64,000 nt of DNA from Eubacteriales bacterium (GTDB lineage: Bacteria > Bacillota > Clostridia > Oscillospirales > SIG627), in the NCBI GenBank assembly GCA_045602025.1, contig JAZSAT010000023.1, positions 21,898-85,897 of the forward strand, given 5' to 3'. A program made the position numbers and the translations under genes. The notes beneath the pieces were generated by a model, which was not told the origin of the DNA, searched no databases, and worked only from the letters and a program-made list of their open reading frames with translations. Positions 8,166 to 17,846 of the stretch are shown here, piece after piece; positions within the stretch are counted from its first letter, which is position 1; every line of letters starts with the position of its first letter.

Positions 8166-9809
8166 TTATTTTACCTCGATCATGCTTTCGTTCCACATTT
8201 CGGGTGCTTCAAAGCCCAAAAGGTTTGCTGCGGTAGCAGCAACATTGGAAAGACCGAATTCTCCTTCTTTTACCTTGTATGCATCTTTTGTGTTGTTGTC
8301 GTAGAAGATGCAGGGAACAGGGTTCAGGGTGTGGCTGGTTTTGGACTTAAAGGAGCCGTCCTTATTTTTCTTAGGTTCGCCCGTCTTCTTGTCAAGCTCC
8401 ATCATTTCATCTGCGTTACCGTGGTCAGCGGTGATCAGTGCAACGCCGCCTACCTCGTCCAAAGCAGAAAGAATTCTGTCAAGACAAAGGTCAAGGGCTT
8501 CCATGCTGATAACGGTTGCCTTCATATTACCGGTGTGACCTACCATATCACCGTTGGGGAAGTTTGCACGTATAAATTTGTATTCGCCTCCGCGAATGGC
8601 GTCTACAAGCACATCGGTGATCTCGGCACACTTCATCCAGGGTCTCTGCTCAAAGGGCACTACATCGGAAGGAATTTCCATATAGGTCTCTTTTTCGTCG
8701 TCGTATTTACCGGATTTGTTGCCGTTCCAGAAGTAAGTTACATGACCGTATTTCTGGGTTTCGCTGACTGCAAGGGACTTAAAGGGTGCTTTTGCAAGGT
8801 ATTCACCCATGGTATTGGTGATCTCGGGGGGAGCGACCAGATATACAGGGGGGATGTGAAGGTCGCCGTCATATTCCAGCATACCTGCATAGGAAGTTTT
8901 GGGGAAGCGAACTCTGTCAAAATAGGGGAAGTCTTCATCGCAGAAGGCTTTTGAGATCTCAATGGAACGGTCTCCGCGGAAGTTGAAGAAGATCACACCG
9001 TCACCGTCTTCGATCGTACCGATCGCCTTGCCGTTTTCAGCAATGACAAAACCGGGCAGATCCTGGTCGATCACCTTCAGTTCGTTTCTATAGGTCTCAA
9101 TGGCTTCTTTTGCATTAGCAAATTTTCTGCCTTCGCCAAGTACATGAATGTCCCAGCCTGCCTTTACCATCTGCCAGTTTGCTTCATAGCGGTCCATAGT
9201 AATGTTCATTCTTCCGCCGCCGGAAGCGATCTTGGCATCAAAGGAGGCATCGCTTAAGGATGCGAGAAATTCCTCAAAGGGCTCTACATATTCAAGTGCA
9301 CTGGTCTCGGCAACATCTCTTCCGTCAAGAAGAATGTGGCAGCGAACTTTTTTGATGCCCTCTTCTTTTGCTTCGGTGATCAAAGCCTTTAAGTGGTCAA
9401 TGTGAGAGTGCACATTGCCGTCGGAGAAAAGCCCGATGAAATGCAGGGTGGAATCGTTTTCCTTCACGGTTCCGCTGACCTTTTTCCAGCCCTCGCCCTG
9501 ATAGATCTTTCCACTATCGATGGAGTTGGAAACAAGCTTTGCACCCTGTGCGAAGATCTGACCGGAGCCAAGTGCATTATGGCCAACCTCGGAGTTACCC
9601 ATATCGTCATCGGAGGGGAGACCCACTGCGGTACCGTGTGCTTTCAGGCTGAGTGTGGGGTAGTCTGCCATCAAGCGATCCAGCGTAGGTGTTGCAGCTG
9701 CTTTTACAGCGTTGCCAACGGTCTTGGGATTCAGTCCCACACCGTCAAGCACCAGAACCACGACAGGGCCCTTTACATCGATTTTCTTTTTCATTTCCAT
9801 AAGTTCCAT
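8166..9809 (-). CDS. gpmI: 2,3-bisphosphoglycerate-independent phosphoglycerate mutase (long, plant-like iPGM type)
   Basis: VVLVLDGVGLN...MGNSEVGHNALGSGQIFAQGAKLV...ITADHGNADEM are the metalloenzyme and iPGM signature segments across 547 aa. Confidence 0.9.
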   Translation of the reverse strand: MELMEMKKKIDVKGPVVVLVLDGVGLNPKTVGNAVKAAATPTLDRLMADYPTLSLKAHGTAVGLPSDDDMGNSEVGHNALGSGQIFAQGAKLVSNSIDSGKIYQGEGWKKVSGTVKENDSTLHFIGLFSDGNVHSHIDHLKALITEAKEEGIKKVRCHILLDGRDVAETSALEYVEPFEEFLASLSDASFDAKIASGGGRMNITMDRYEANWQMVKAGWDIHVLGEGRKFANAKEAIETYRNELKVIDQDLPGFVIAENGKAIGTIEDGDGVIFFNFRGDRSIEISKAFCDEDFPYFDRVRFPKTSYAGMLEYDGDLHIPPVYLVAPPEITNTMGEYLAKAPFKSLAVSETQKYGHVTYFWNGNKSGKYDDEKETYMEIPSDVVPFEQRPWMKCAEITDVLVDAIRGGEYKFIRANFPNGDMVGHTGNMKATVISMEALDLCLDRILSALDEVGGVALITADHGNADEMMELDKKTGEPKKNKDGSFKSKTSHTLNPVPCIFYDNNTKDAYKVKEGEFGLSNVAATAANLLGFEAPEMWNESMIEVK

Positions 9810-9830
9810 ATCTAATCCTCTTTCTTTCGG

Positions 9831-11087
9831 TTATTTTTCTGTTTTCAATACTTCTTCTGCAGCGGCAAGAATGCCAAGCTTTCCGCTTTCCCAGGTAAGA
9901 CCGCCTTGCATGTATACCGTGAAGGGATAACGCATGGGAGCATCTGCGGATAGCTCAATGGAGGAGCCTTGCGTAAATGCACCTGCCGCCATAATCACGG
10001 GATCCTGATAGCCGGGCATTGCCCAGGGAATCGGCGTTACATGACTGTCAATGGGAGATGCACTCTGCAGTCCCTTGCAAAAGGCTTCCACCTTTTTACC
10101 GTCTTTTAATGAGATCTGCTGAACGATATCAAAGCGCGCTTCTTTTGCGGTGGGAATCACATCGTATCCCATTCTTTCAAACAGTGCCGCAGAGAAAACA
10201 GCAGTTTTCATTGCCTGAGAAACCGTGTGTGGGGCATAAAAAAGTCCCTTGAACATTGCTTTTGTGTGGCCGAGGCTTGCACCGATCTCAAGCCCGATTC
10301 CGGGACAGGAGAAACGCTGCGCACAAAGAGATACCGCTTTTTCGCTTCCTGCAATGTATCCGCCGGTTTCGGCCATTCCGCCACCGGGATTCTTGATCAG
10401 GGATCCAACGCAGAGATCTGCGCCGTAAAAGCACGGCTCGTGCTCCTCGCAAAATTCCGCATAGCAGTTATCAACAACTACAAACGCGTGGCTTCCCGCC
10501 TTTTTTACAAGCTCTACTGCCCTTTTTACAACGGCATTGCCCAGAGGTCTGCGGGTGCTGTATCCGGGGCTTTTCTGAAGATAGACCATTTTCACATCTT
10601 CTTTTTTCAGACGCGCCAAAATTTTTTCTTCATCCAAAAGGGAATCGGGAGTAAGAGGGATCTCCTCATACTTTACACCGAAATCCAAAAGGCTTCCGTT
10701 TCCTTTTTCTCCTTCGATTCCGATTACGGATTTCAAGGTATCATAAGGGGTTCCGCTGATCGCGAGCATGGTGTCACCGGGACGAAGCAATCCGAACAGT
10801 GCAACCGTGATGGCGTGTGTTCCGGATAAAAGGCTGTGTCTGACAAAAGCGGCTTCTGCTTCAAATACACGGGCAAAGATCCGATCCAGAACCTCCCGCC
10901 CCATATCGTCATATCCGTAACCGGTGGTAGGGTTGAAGCACTCGGTAGAAACCCTTTCTTCCCGAAAAGCTTCCAAAACCTTTTTTTGGTTGAGAAAGGC
11001 CATTTCTTCGATTTTTTGGAATACGGAAGAAATCTCTTTTTCCGTATCCAAAGAAAGATTCATAAGTGATTGAGAAAAATTCAGCAT
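9831..11087 (-). CDS. PLP-dependent Met_gamma_lyase family protein (YnbB / aluminium-resistance-protein type)
   Basis: The N-terminus FNPTTGYGYDDMGREVLDRIFARVFEAEAAFVRHSLLSGTHAI and the 418-aa length match this family as I recall it. Confidence 0.75.
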   Translation of the reverse strand: MLNFSQSLMNLSLDTEKEISSVFQKIEEMAFLNQKKVLEAFREERVSTECFNPTTGYGYDDMGREVLDRIFARVFEAEAAFVRHSLLSGTHAITVALFGLLRPGDTMLAISGTPYDTLKSVIGIEGEKGNGSLLDFGVKYEEIPLTPDSLLDEEKILARLKKEDVKMVYLQKSPGYSTRRPLGNAVVKRAVELVKKAGSHAFVVVDNCYAEFCEEHEPCFYGADLCVGSLIKNPGGGMAETGGYIAGSEKAVSLCAQRFSCPGIGLEIGASLGHTKAMFKGLFYAPHTVSQAMKTAVFSAALFERMGYDVIPTAKEARFDIVQQISLKDGKKVEAFCKGLQSASPIDSHVTPIPWAMPGYQDPVIMAAGAFTQGSSIELSADAPMRYPFTVYMQGGLTWESGKLGILAAAEEVLKTEK

Positions 11088-11235
11088 TGTTTCCTCGAAT
11101 TTTTAAATAGATTTCTCTTTATCATACCACAAAAAGGAAGTTCAATCAACAGTCTTTTTCCATTTTTACAGTATTTTTATTTGACAAAAAAAGAAAATCG
11201 GGATAATATTAAAAAAATCAATGTTGGAGAATACT

Positions 11236-11988
11236 ATGCCGAGATTTTTCTTGCCCGATTCTTTTTTATATCATAAAGATGACCCTTTGCCCGAAGAGAT
11301 CAGGCTTTCGGGGGAGGATGCTTTCCATCTTTCCGTTTCCCTTCGCGCTCGCGTGGGAGAAGAGGTTTTGCTTTGCACCCGCGACGGATTTTTATTTTCC
11401 TGCAAGATCCTGGAGATCAGCGGCGGTAAAAAGAATCCTCTTGTTATCCTGACTCCTTCCTCTGTAGAGGAAAGCAAAGGGGAGAGCCCTTGCTATATCA
11501 GACTGTTTCAGGGAATGCCCAAGGGAAAAAAGACTGATTCCATTCTTCAAAAATGTACGGAGCTTGGTGCATCTGAGATCATTTTTGTTTATACCGACCA
11601 CGCTGTTCCCGCGCCCTCCGATGAGGATAAAAAGATTGCAAGATTTGAAAAAATTGCCGAAGAAGCTTGCAAGCAGTGTGGCAGGGGGCGGCTTCCGAAG
11701 ATTCGTATCCTTGAAAGCCTTGATGTGGCGATCCCTTTGATGAAGGAAAGTGAAATGCTTTTTGCCTGCTATGAAAATGAAGAGGGGAAAGGCTTAAAGG
11801 ATTTGATGAAGGAGGATTTTTCTTCCGCTTCCTTTTTTATCGGTCCCGAAGGTGGAATATCTCCTCGGGAAGCGGATCTTTTAAGGGAAAGCGGGATCCC
11901 CACGGTAAGCCTTGGAGAACGGATCCTTCGCACCGAAACCGCGGGAAGCACAGTGCTTTCCATGTTCTTATACGAAAAGGAGCTCTGA
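11236..11988 (+). CDS. rsmE: 16S rRNA (uracil1498-N3)-methyltransferase RsmE
   Basis: MPRFFLPDS...HLSVSLRARVGEEVLLCT...FIGPEGGISPREADLL...VSLGERILRTETAG are the RsmE PUA and SPOUT motifs. The ggaga SD precedes ATG 11236. Confidence 0.85.
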   Translation: MPRFFLPDSFLYHKDDPLPEEIRLSGEDAFHLSVSLRARVGEEVLLCTRDGFLFSCKILEISGGKKNPLVILTPSSVEESKGESPCYIRLFQGMPKGKKTDSILQKCTELGASEIIFVYTDHAVPAPSDEDKKIARFEKIAEEACKQCGRGRLPKIRILESLDVAIPLMKESEMLFACYENEEGKGLKDLMKEDFSSASFFIGPEGGISPREADLLRESGIPTVSLGERILRTETAGSTVLSMFLYEKEL

Positions 11989-12113
11989 TCTCTGGATCAG
12001 GCTCTTTTTTGCCGTAAAAAGCCGTTTTGGAAACAAAAAATCCATTTCTTATCATTTTTAGTCAAAAAAGACAATAAATTTTAATTTTATTTGTTAAAAA
12101 TTATAGATTTCTC

Positions 12114-12142
12114 TTGAAAAATTGTAAATCGTTGTGTATAAT
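12114..12142 (+). promoter_or_regulatory. Sigma-A type promoter for the PucR-like regulator/ftsEX cluster
   Basis: TTGAAA (12114-12119), a 17-nt spacer and TATAAT (12137-12142). Confidence 0.5.
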
Positions 12143-12215
12143 GCTTATGGTTCGGCTATGATTTTGTGTAAAATTACAAGATAAACAGCGAGGAAAAGAA
12201 CCGAAGGAGAAAAAT

Positions 12216-13301
12216 ATGTCAAACAGACTGTTCCAAAGTGTTGTTCATCAAATGAAAGATGCAGCGGGTTGCACCATCGGCGTGATCGATACCGAGGGTG
12301 TCATTATCGCTTGCAGTGAGCTTGTGCGTATTGGCGAGGTCCTGGAAGGCGTCAAGGAAGAGCTTCTTTATACCGGCGAGGCCTTTTCTGCAGCCGGATA
12401 TCTGTTCCGCCCTGTGGGAGCCTACGGCAAAAGTGAATACTATGTCTTCGTGGAAGGGGAGGGGCAGTTTGCCAATTATACCTCAAACCTTCTTTGCATT
12501 TCTTTGGGTCAGATCAAAGCACTCTATGATGAAAAGTACGATAAATCAAGTTTTATCAAAAACATCATTTTAGACAATATTCTCCCCAGCGATATCTATG
12601 TAAAGTCCAAGGAGCTTCATGTTCCTGCCGAGCAGGAGAGAGTTGCTCTTCTTATTAAGTTTCACGGCAAAGGGGATATCGTTCCCATCGATGTGATTCA
12701 GAACATGTTCCCCGACCGCAACCGTGATTTTGTGATCAGCGTCGGCGAAAACGATGTGGTTTTGATCCATGAGATCCATACTCCTCAGGAAAAAGCCCAG
12801 GTATCCAAGCTTGCCAAGAGCATTGTAGATACCGTTCAGAGTGAGTTTTACCTGAAGGTGATTGTTGGCCTCGGCACCGTAGTTACCGGCCTGAAGGATC
12901 TTGCCCGTTCATATAAAGAAGCGCAGGTGGCCATTGAGGTGGGCAAGGTTTTTGATACGGAAAAAAGCGTTGTCAATTACGAAAGCCTCGGCATCGGCAG
13001 ACTGATCTATCAGCTTCCCACAACCCTTTGTGATATGTTCCTCAACGAGGTGTTCAAAAAGGGTGCCCTTGAAACACTGGACCAGGAAACACTTCTTACC
13101 ATTCAGTGCTTCTTTGAAAACAATTTGAATGTTTCCGAAACATCCAGAAAGCTTTTTGTCCATCGTAACACTTTGGTATACCGCTTGGAAAAGATCCGCA
13201 AGATCACAGGTCTTGATCTTCGTGAATTTGAGCACGCTATCACCTTTAAGGTTGCTTTGATGGTGAAAAAGTACTTATCCTCCAAGCCCGCCAAGTTCTG
13301 A
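12216..13301 (+). CDS. PucR/CdaR-family transcriptional regulator (C-terminal HTH)
   Basis: The C-terminus NVSETSRKLFVHRNTLVYRLEKIRKITGLDL is the PucR_C HTH pattern. The protein is 361 aa. Confidence 0.7.
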   Translation: MSNRLFQSVVHQMKDAAGCTIGVIDTEGVIIACSELVRIGEVLEGVKEELLYTGEAFSAAGYLFRPVGAYGKSEYYVFVEGEGQFANYTSNLLCISLGQIKALYDEKYDKSSFIKNIILDNILPSDIYVKSKELHVPAEQERVALLIKFHGKGDIVPIDVIQNMFPDRNRDFVISVGENDVVLIHEIHTPQEKAQVSKLAKSIVDTVQSEFYLKVIVGLGTVVTGLKDLARSYKEAQVAIEVGKVFDTEKSVVNYESLGIGRLIYQLPTTLCDMFLNEVFKKGALETLDQETLLTIQCFFENNLNVSETSRKLFVHRNTLVYRLEKIRKITGLDLREFEHAITFKVALMVKKYLSSKPAKF

Positions 13302-13317
13302 TGATTAAGGAGAATTT

Positions 13318-14001
13318 ATGATCGTATTTAACAATGTGTCCAAGGTTTATGAAAACGGAACCCGTGCGCTGAGCAATGTAAACCTTGAGATCGGTGACGG
13401 AGAGTTCGTCTTTGTTGTGGGTGCCAGCGGTGCCGGTAAAACAACGCTGACAAAGCTTCTCCTTTGTGAAGAAAAGGTTTCCGGCGGTAAGATCACCATC
13501 GGAAAATTCAACCTTACCCGTATGTCTTCCTTCAAGATTCCCAAGCTTCGCAGAAAGCTCGGTATCGTATTCCAGGATTTCCGCCTTTTGCCTAATATGA
13601 CCGCTTCCGAAAACATTGCCTTTGCAATGCATGTAATTGGTGAAAAGAAAAAGGTGATCGCTGCCCGCGTAGCAAACTTTTTAAAGCTTGTAGGTCTTGA
13701 GGACAAAGGCGACTGCAAGCCCAGCGAGCTTTCCGGCGGTGAGCAGCAGAGAATTGCCCTGGCGCGCGCTCTTGTAAACAACCCCGATGTGATCATTGCC
13801 GACGAGCCTACTGCAAATGTAGACCCTTATATGGCAGTGGAAATCATGGAGCTTCTTTTGAAGATCAATCAGCTGGGCAAGACCGTTATTGTAATCACCC
13901 ATAATGTCAACCTTGTAAACTATTACAAAAAGCGAGTGATCACAATGAGAGACGGCCAGGTGGTCAGCGATAAGCAGGGAGGTATGTTTGATGAAGTTTA
14001 G
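13318..14001 (+). CDS. ftsE: Cell-division ABC ATPase FtsE
   Basis: Walker A GASGAGKTT, signature LSGGEQQRIALARAL and Walker B VIIADEPT are present. The gene overlaps the following ftsX. Confidence 0.92.
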   Translation: MIVFNNVSKVYENGTRALSNVNLEIGDGEFVFVVGASGAGKTTLTKLLLCEEKVSGGKITIGKFNLTRMSSFKIPKLRRKLGIVFQDFRLLPNMTASENIAFAMHVIGEKKKVIAARVANFLKLVGLEDKGDCKPSELSGGEQQRIALARALVNNPDVIIADEPTANVDPYMAVEIMELLLKINQLGKTVIVITHNVNLVNYYKKRVITMRDGQVVSDKQGGMFDEV

Positions 14002-14905
14002 ATTTTATAATGTAGGCTACTTCTTCCGCCTTGCTTTTCAAGGAATTTTTCGCAACGGATTGATGAGCGTTGCTACTGTTTTTGTATTGACCTCCGCTCT
14101 GCTTGTAACCGGTTGTACTTGGGTTCTGAAAAAGAACCTGGACCACAACTTAAAAGAGATCAATACATACAATAAGATCGTTGTTTTCGTAACCAAAGAA
14201 ACCGAGGATCACACCACCAAGCTTTTGAAGGAAAAGATCGAAAAGCTCTCCTCCGTTCAAAGTGTGGAGTGGATCACAAAGGATGAGGTTCTTTCTTCTC
14301 TTTTCAAGGAATACGGCGATTACGGCGATATTCTGCAAATGTACGATCAGGATAACCCTTGTAAGGATGAGCTTGTTATCACCTATTCGGATTCTTCCAA
14401 GGTTAATGACATTACCTATCAGGTCAATGTGATGAACGAGCAAGAGGACACCTTCGGCTCTGTGGAAAAGATCAATGACCGTCGTGAGGTTGCGGAAAAG
14501 ATCGACGACATCAAAGAGATCGTTGGCCTGATCTTTACCTGGCTTATGGTTTTGCTTCTTGTGGTATCTGTCTTTATTATTATGAATACCATAAAGCTTG
14601 CGGTTTCCTCCCGAAAGGAAGAGGTCTCGATTATGCGCTATGTGGGTGCTTCGGGCTTTTTCGTTGCTTTCCCCTTCGTATTGGAGGGTATTTTGCTTGG
14701 CGGAGTTTCCTCAGGCTTTGCCTATCTGTTCCTTTATTACATCTATAAGATCTTTGCAGTAAACATTCTCGGCGGAAGCGGCATTATCACCATTTTGCCC
14801 TTCTCGGGACTGATGTGGGAGATCATCATTGGCTTTGCTGTGATCGGCATCGGCCTTGGTGTGATCGGTAGCTTGATCTCCTTGAGAAGGTATAACAAGG
14901 ACTAA
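13991..14905 (+). CDS. ftsX: Cell-division permease-like protein FtsX
   Basis: It has an N-terminal TM, an extracellular loop domain and three C-terminal TMs, with the MRYVGAS motif. It overlaps the ftsE stop. Confidence 0.88.
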   Translation: MKFRFYNVGYFFRLAFQGIFRNGLMSVATVFVLTSALLVTGCTWVLKKNLDHNLKEINTYNKIVVFVTKETEDHTTKLLKEKIEKLSSVQSVEWITKDEVLSSLFKEYGDYGDILQMYDQDNPCKDELVITYSDSSKVNDITYQVNVMNEQEDTFGSVEKINDRREVAEKIDDIKEIVGLIFTWLMVLLLVVSVFIIMNTIKLAVSSRKEEVSIMRYVGASGFFVAFPFVLEGILLGGVSSGFAYLFLYYIYKIFAVNILGGSGIITILPFSGLMWEIIIGFAVIGIGLGVIGSLISLRRYNKD

Positions 14906-14923
14906 GAAAGGGGAGTTGTTTCC

Positions 14924-16111
14924 TTGAAAAAAAAGATTACCGTCGGTACTTCTTTGATCGTTATGCTCCTCGCAGTTCTTCTCACATTCCAGCTGACCTA
15001 CAGCTTTGTGGGAATGGAATATCAGGCAAAAGTGGACACCCTTACAAAAACGCAGGCAGACTTCTCACTTCTTGCTGAGGCGGATGGACTGATCCGTGAA
15101 AATTTTCTCGGGAAAATCGATGACGAGAAGATCGAAGACGGAATGATCAAGGGCTACATTTCGGAGCTTGCGGATGACTATTCTGTCTATTTGACCAAGG
15201 AAGAGTATGATCGTTATCAAAAGGAAAATGCTCCTTCCGGAAACGGAATCGGTGTTCGCTTAACATTTGATTCCGGAAAAAATCAAGTCGTTGTTTATAA
15301 TGTATTTGAATCTTCACCTGCCGCTGAGAAGGGTATCCTGAAAGGGGATATTCTGACCAAGGTCAACGATGAAGAGGTTTCCGAAATCGGTTTTTACGGT
15401 ACCCTTGCCGCACTTTCTGCGGAAGAAGGCACAAAGCTTCACCTTTCCGTGAAGCGGGAGATCGCAGCGCAGGTGCTTGAGATGGATTTCGACCTGACGG
15501 TGGGTAAGGTTACGCCTAACAGCCTTGATTATAAAATGCTCGGCGAAATCGGCTACATTCAGATCTTTTCCTTTGATGAGGGCTTTAAGAAGCAATTTGA
15601 TTCTGCTGTTACCGCCCTTACAAAAGCTTCTGTTCAAGGAATCATTTTTGATGTGAGAAATACTACCGGAGGCGATGCCTCCGAAGCCCTCCGCGCTCTT
15701 GATAAGCTTCTTCCCGAAGGAGATCTTGTTCATACAACAGACCAAAGCGGAAAGAAAAAGACCGTAAAGAGTGATGAGAGTTTTCTTGACCTTCCTTTCG
15801 CGGTTCTGATCAATGAAAATACTGCCTTTTCCGCAGAGATCTTTGCCGCAACTATGAAGGACTACGGCGTAGATCTTGTGGGAACAACCACCTACGGAAA
15901 AAGCCTTGAGCAAAAAGTACTTCCGCTGACCAACGGTTCCGCACTTCTTCTTTCAGATAAGGCGTATACACCGCCGGTTTCTCCTTCTTTTGAGGATGTT
16001 GGTGTTGAGCCGGATATTGTTTGTGAGCTTGGTGCGCCCAATTTTTATCTTTTGGAACAGGAAGCGGATGTTCAATTACAGGAAGCATACCGCTGTGTTA
16101 TGAATCATTAA
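14924..16111 (+). CDS. S41 family carboxyl-terminal processing peptidase (PDZ domain)
   Basis: The PDZ segment is GIGVRL...SPAAEKGILKGDILTKVNDEEV. The S41 core is IIFDVRNTTGGD...NENTAFSAEIFAATMKD...TTTYGKS. The start is TTG with a ggggag SD. Confidence 0.85.
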   Translation: MKKKITVGTSLIVMLLAVLLTFQLTYSFVGMEYQAKVDTLTKTQADFSLLAEADGLIRENFLGKIDDEKIEDGMIKGYISELADDYSVYLTKEEYDRYQKENAPSGNGIGVRLTFDSGKNQVVVYNVFESSPAAEKGILKGDILTKVNDEEVSEIGFYGTLAALSAEEGTKLHLSVKREIAAQVLEMDFDLTVGKVTPNSLDYKMLGEIGYIQIFSFDEGFKKQFDSAVTALTKASVQGIIFDVRNTTGGDASEALRALDKLLPEGDLVHTTDQSGKKKTVKSDESFLDLPFAVLINENTAFSAEIFAATMKDYGVDLVGTTTYGKSLEQKVLPLTNGSALLLSDKAYTPPVSPSFEDVGVEPDIVCELGAPNFYLLEQEADVQLQEAYRCVMNH

Positions 16112-16129
16112 GTATTTTAGGAGAATATA

Positions 16130-17317
16130 ATGAAAAAAAGCAGAAAATTGATTTGCGTTTTTCTTTCTGCTGTGATGATCGTCTGTACATGCTTTTCTTT
16201 TGTCAGTAGCAGCGCAAAGACCTTGGGACAGCAAAAGAACGAACTGGAAAGTGAGCTTGCTGCCTTGAAAGCCCAGTCAGCGCAGTTGAAAAGTCAATAT
16301 AACGAAGCAAAAAAAGATGTAAACGATCAAAAGCGCGCGATCAATCTGATCTATGACCAGATCGAGACCTGCCAGAAGGAGCTGGAAACCCTTTCGGCAC
16401 TGATGGAGGAATATACGGCTCTGGCAGCGGAAAAGGAAAAGGAAATTGATGCGCTGAACGAGCAGATGAACAAAAACTACGAGCTTTTCAAGGATCGTCT
16501 TGTTTTTGCACAGGAAAGCGGAAATATGAGTTATATCGACTTTATACTCGGTTCTGCGGACCTTTCCGATATTATTTCCAGAACGGAAGTTATTAACGAT
16601 ATGTTCGAATATGATCGAAAGATCATAGAAGGGCTTTTATCCGATCGTGAAACGATCGAAAAAGCCAAGGCAGAGGTTGACCTTGCTTTGGAAAACTGTG
16701 CGGCCAAGCAGAAGGAATATGACGGAACGCTGACAGAGCTTCGCGCAATGGAAAGCGAAGCAACGGAGAAACTAAAGCAGCTTCAGCATGACGCAGAAGC
16801 AACGCAAACAGCCCTGAACCGTTCAGAAGCTGCCAGAAAAGAAGCGGAAAAGAAGCTGAATGCTGTTATGGAAGAGATCGCAAGACAGTCTCAGGGTACC
16901 TTCTCGGGCACCTTTATCTGGCCTCTTCCCGTAACATTCCCCGGCTACATTACTCAAAAATACGGAGTGGGCGGACATACCGGTCTTGATATCGCCGTAG
17001 GCGGTGCAAACAACGGCAAAATCTCTGCTCTTGCCATCGCTTCCGGAACGGTTGTGGATTGCGGTGCGATCATTCATTGGAGCTACGGAAATCTTGTAAT
17101 TGTGGATCACGGCGGTAAATATCTGTCATACTATGCTCATCTGGATTCTATTTCCGTAACCAAGGGACAGCATGTTTCTCAGGGACAGCAGCTCGGCAAG
17201 GTCGGTAATACCGGCAACAGTACGGGACCGCATCTTCACATCGAAGTTTATGAACCTGATGGGAAGGATGGCGCTAGAAGAACTGACCCGCAGAAATATA
17301 TTTCTTATCCCAGATAA
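16130..17317 (+). CDS. Coiled-coil M23 peptidoglycan DD-metalloendopeptidase (EnvC/PcsB-like partner of FtsEX)
   Basis: A signal peptide is followed by ~230 aa of heptad-rich coiled coil. The M23 catalytic motifs are intact: HTGLDIA, YAHL and GPHLHIEVY. Confidence 0.85.
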   Translation: MKKSRKLICVFLSAVMIVCTCFSFVSSSAKTLGQQKNELESELAALKAQSAQLKSQYNEAKKDVNDQKRAINLIYDQIETCQKELETLSALMEEYTALAAEKEKEIDALNEQMNKNYELFKDRLVFAQESGNMSYIDFILGSADLSDIISRTEVINDMFEYDRKIIEGLLSDRETIEKAKAEVDLALENCAAKQKEYDGTLTELRAMESEATEKLKQLQHDAEATQTALNRSEAARKEAEKKLNAVMEEIARQSQGTFSGTFIWPLPVTFPGYITQKYGVGGHTGLDIAVGGANNGKISALAIASGTVVDCGAIIHWSYGNLVIVDHGGKYLSYYAHLDSISVTKGQHVSQGQQLGKVGNTGNSTGPHLHIEVYEPDGKDGARRTDPQKYISYPR

Positions 17318-17352
17318 ATAAAATAATAATTAATTTAAGAGGAGTTTATAAA

Positions 17353-17823
17353 ATGGCATCAAAACCTACTTTTGTTACCGCAGAAGGCTTGCAGAAGCTG
17401 AAGGATGAACTTGAATATCTGAAGGTTACCAAGCGCAAAGAAGTTGCGGAAGCCCTGAAACAGGCAAAGGCATTCGGAGACCTTTCCGAAAACAGCGAAT
17501 ATGACGAAGCAAAAAATGAGCAGGCTGAAGTGGAACGCCACATTGCCGAGCTTGAGGATATCCTTGAGAATTATGAACTGATCAAATCCACCGGCAAGAA
17601 GAATAAGATCCATGTGGGCTCTTCCGTAAAAGTGTATGATGAAGAATTTGACGAAGAGATCGTTTATACCATTGTCGGTTCTACCGAGGCAGATCCGCTG
17701 GAAAACAAGATCAGCGATGAATCTCCCATCGGAAAAGCCCTTCTCGGTGCCGTGATCGGCGCAGAAGTACAGGCAGACACTCCCGGCGGTGCTGTGAAAA
17801 TGAAAGTGCTCGAAATTCTCTAA
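17353..17823 (+). CDS. greA: Transcription elongation factor GreA
   Basis: [36 protein letters not shown] is the GreA signature. The protein is 156 aa. Confidence 0.93.
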   Translation: MASKPTFVTAEGLQKLKDELEYLKVTKRKEVAEALKQAKAFGDLSENSEYDEAKNEQAEVERHIAELEDILENYELIKSTGKKNKIHVGSSVKVYDEEFDEEIVYTIVGSTEADPLENKISDESPIGKALLGAVIGAEVQADTPGGAVKMKVLEIL

Positions 17824-17846
17824 AGAAAAAAGATAAGGAAAATACT

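Noticed and set aside
8154-8954. A 266-aa ORF on the plus strand.
   Set aside because: It is antisense to gpmI, which is strongly recognisable, and it starts inside the bidirectional terminator.
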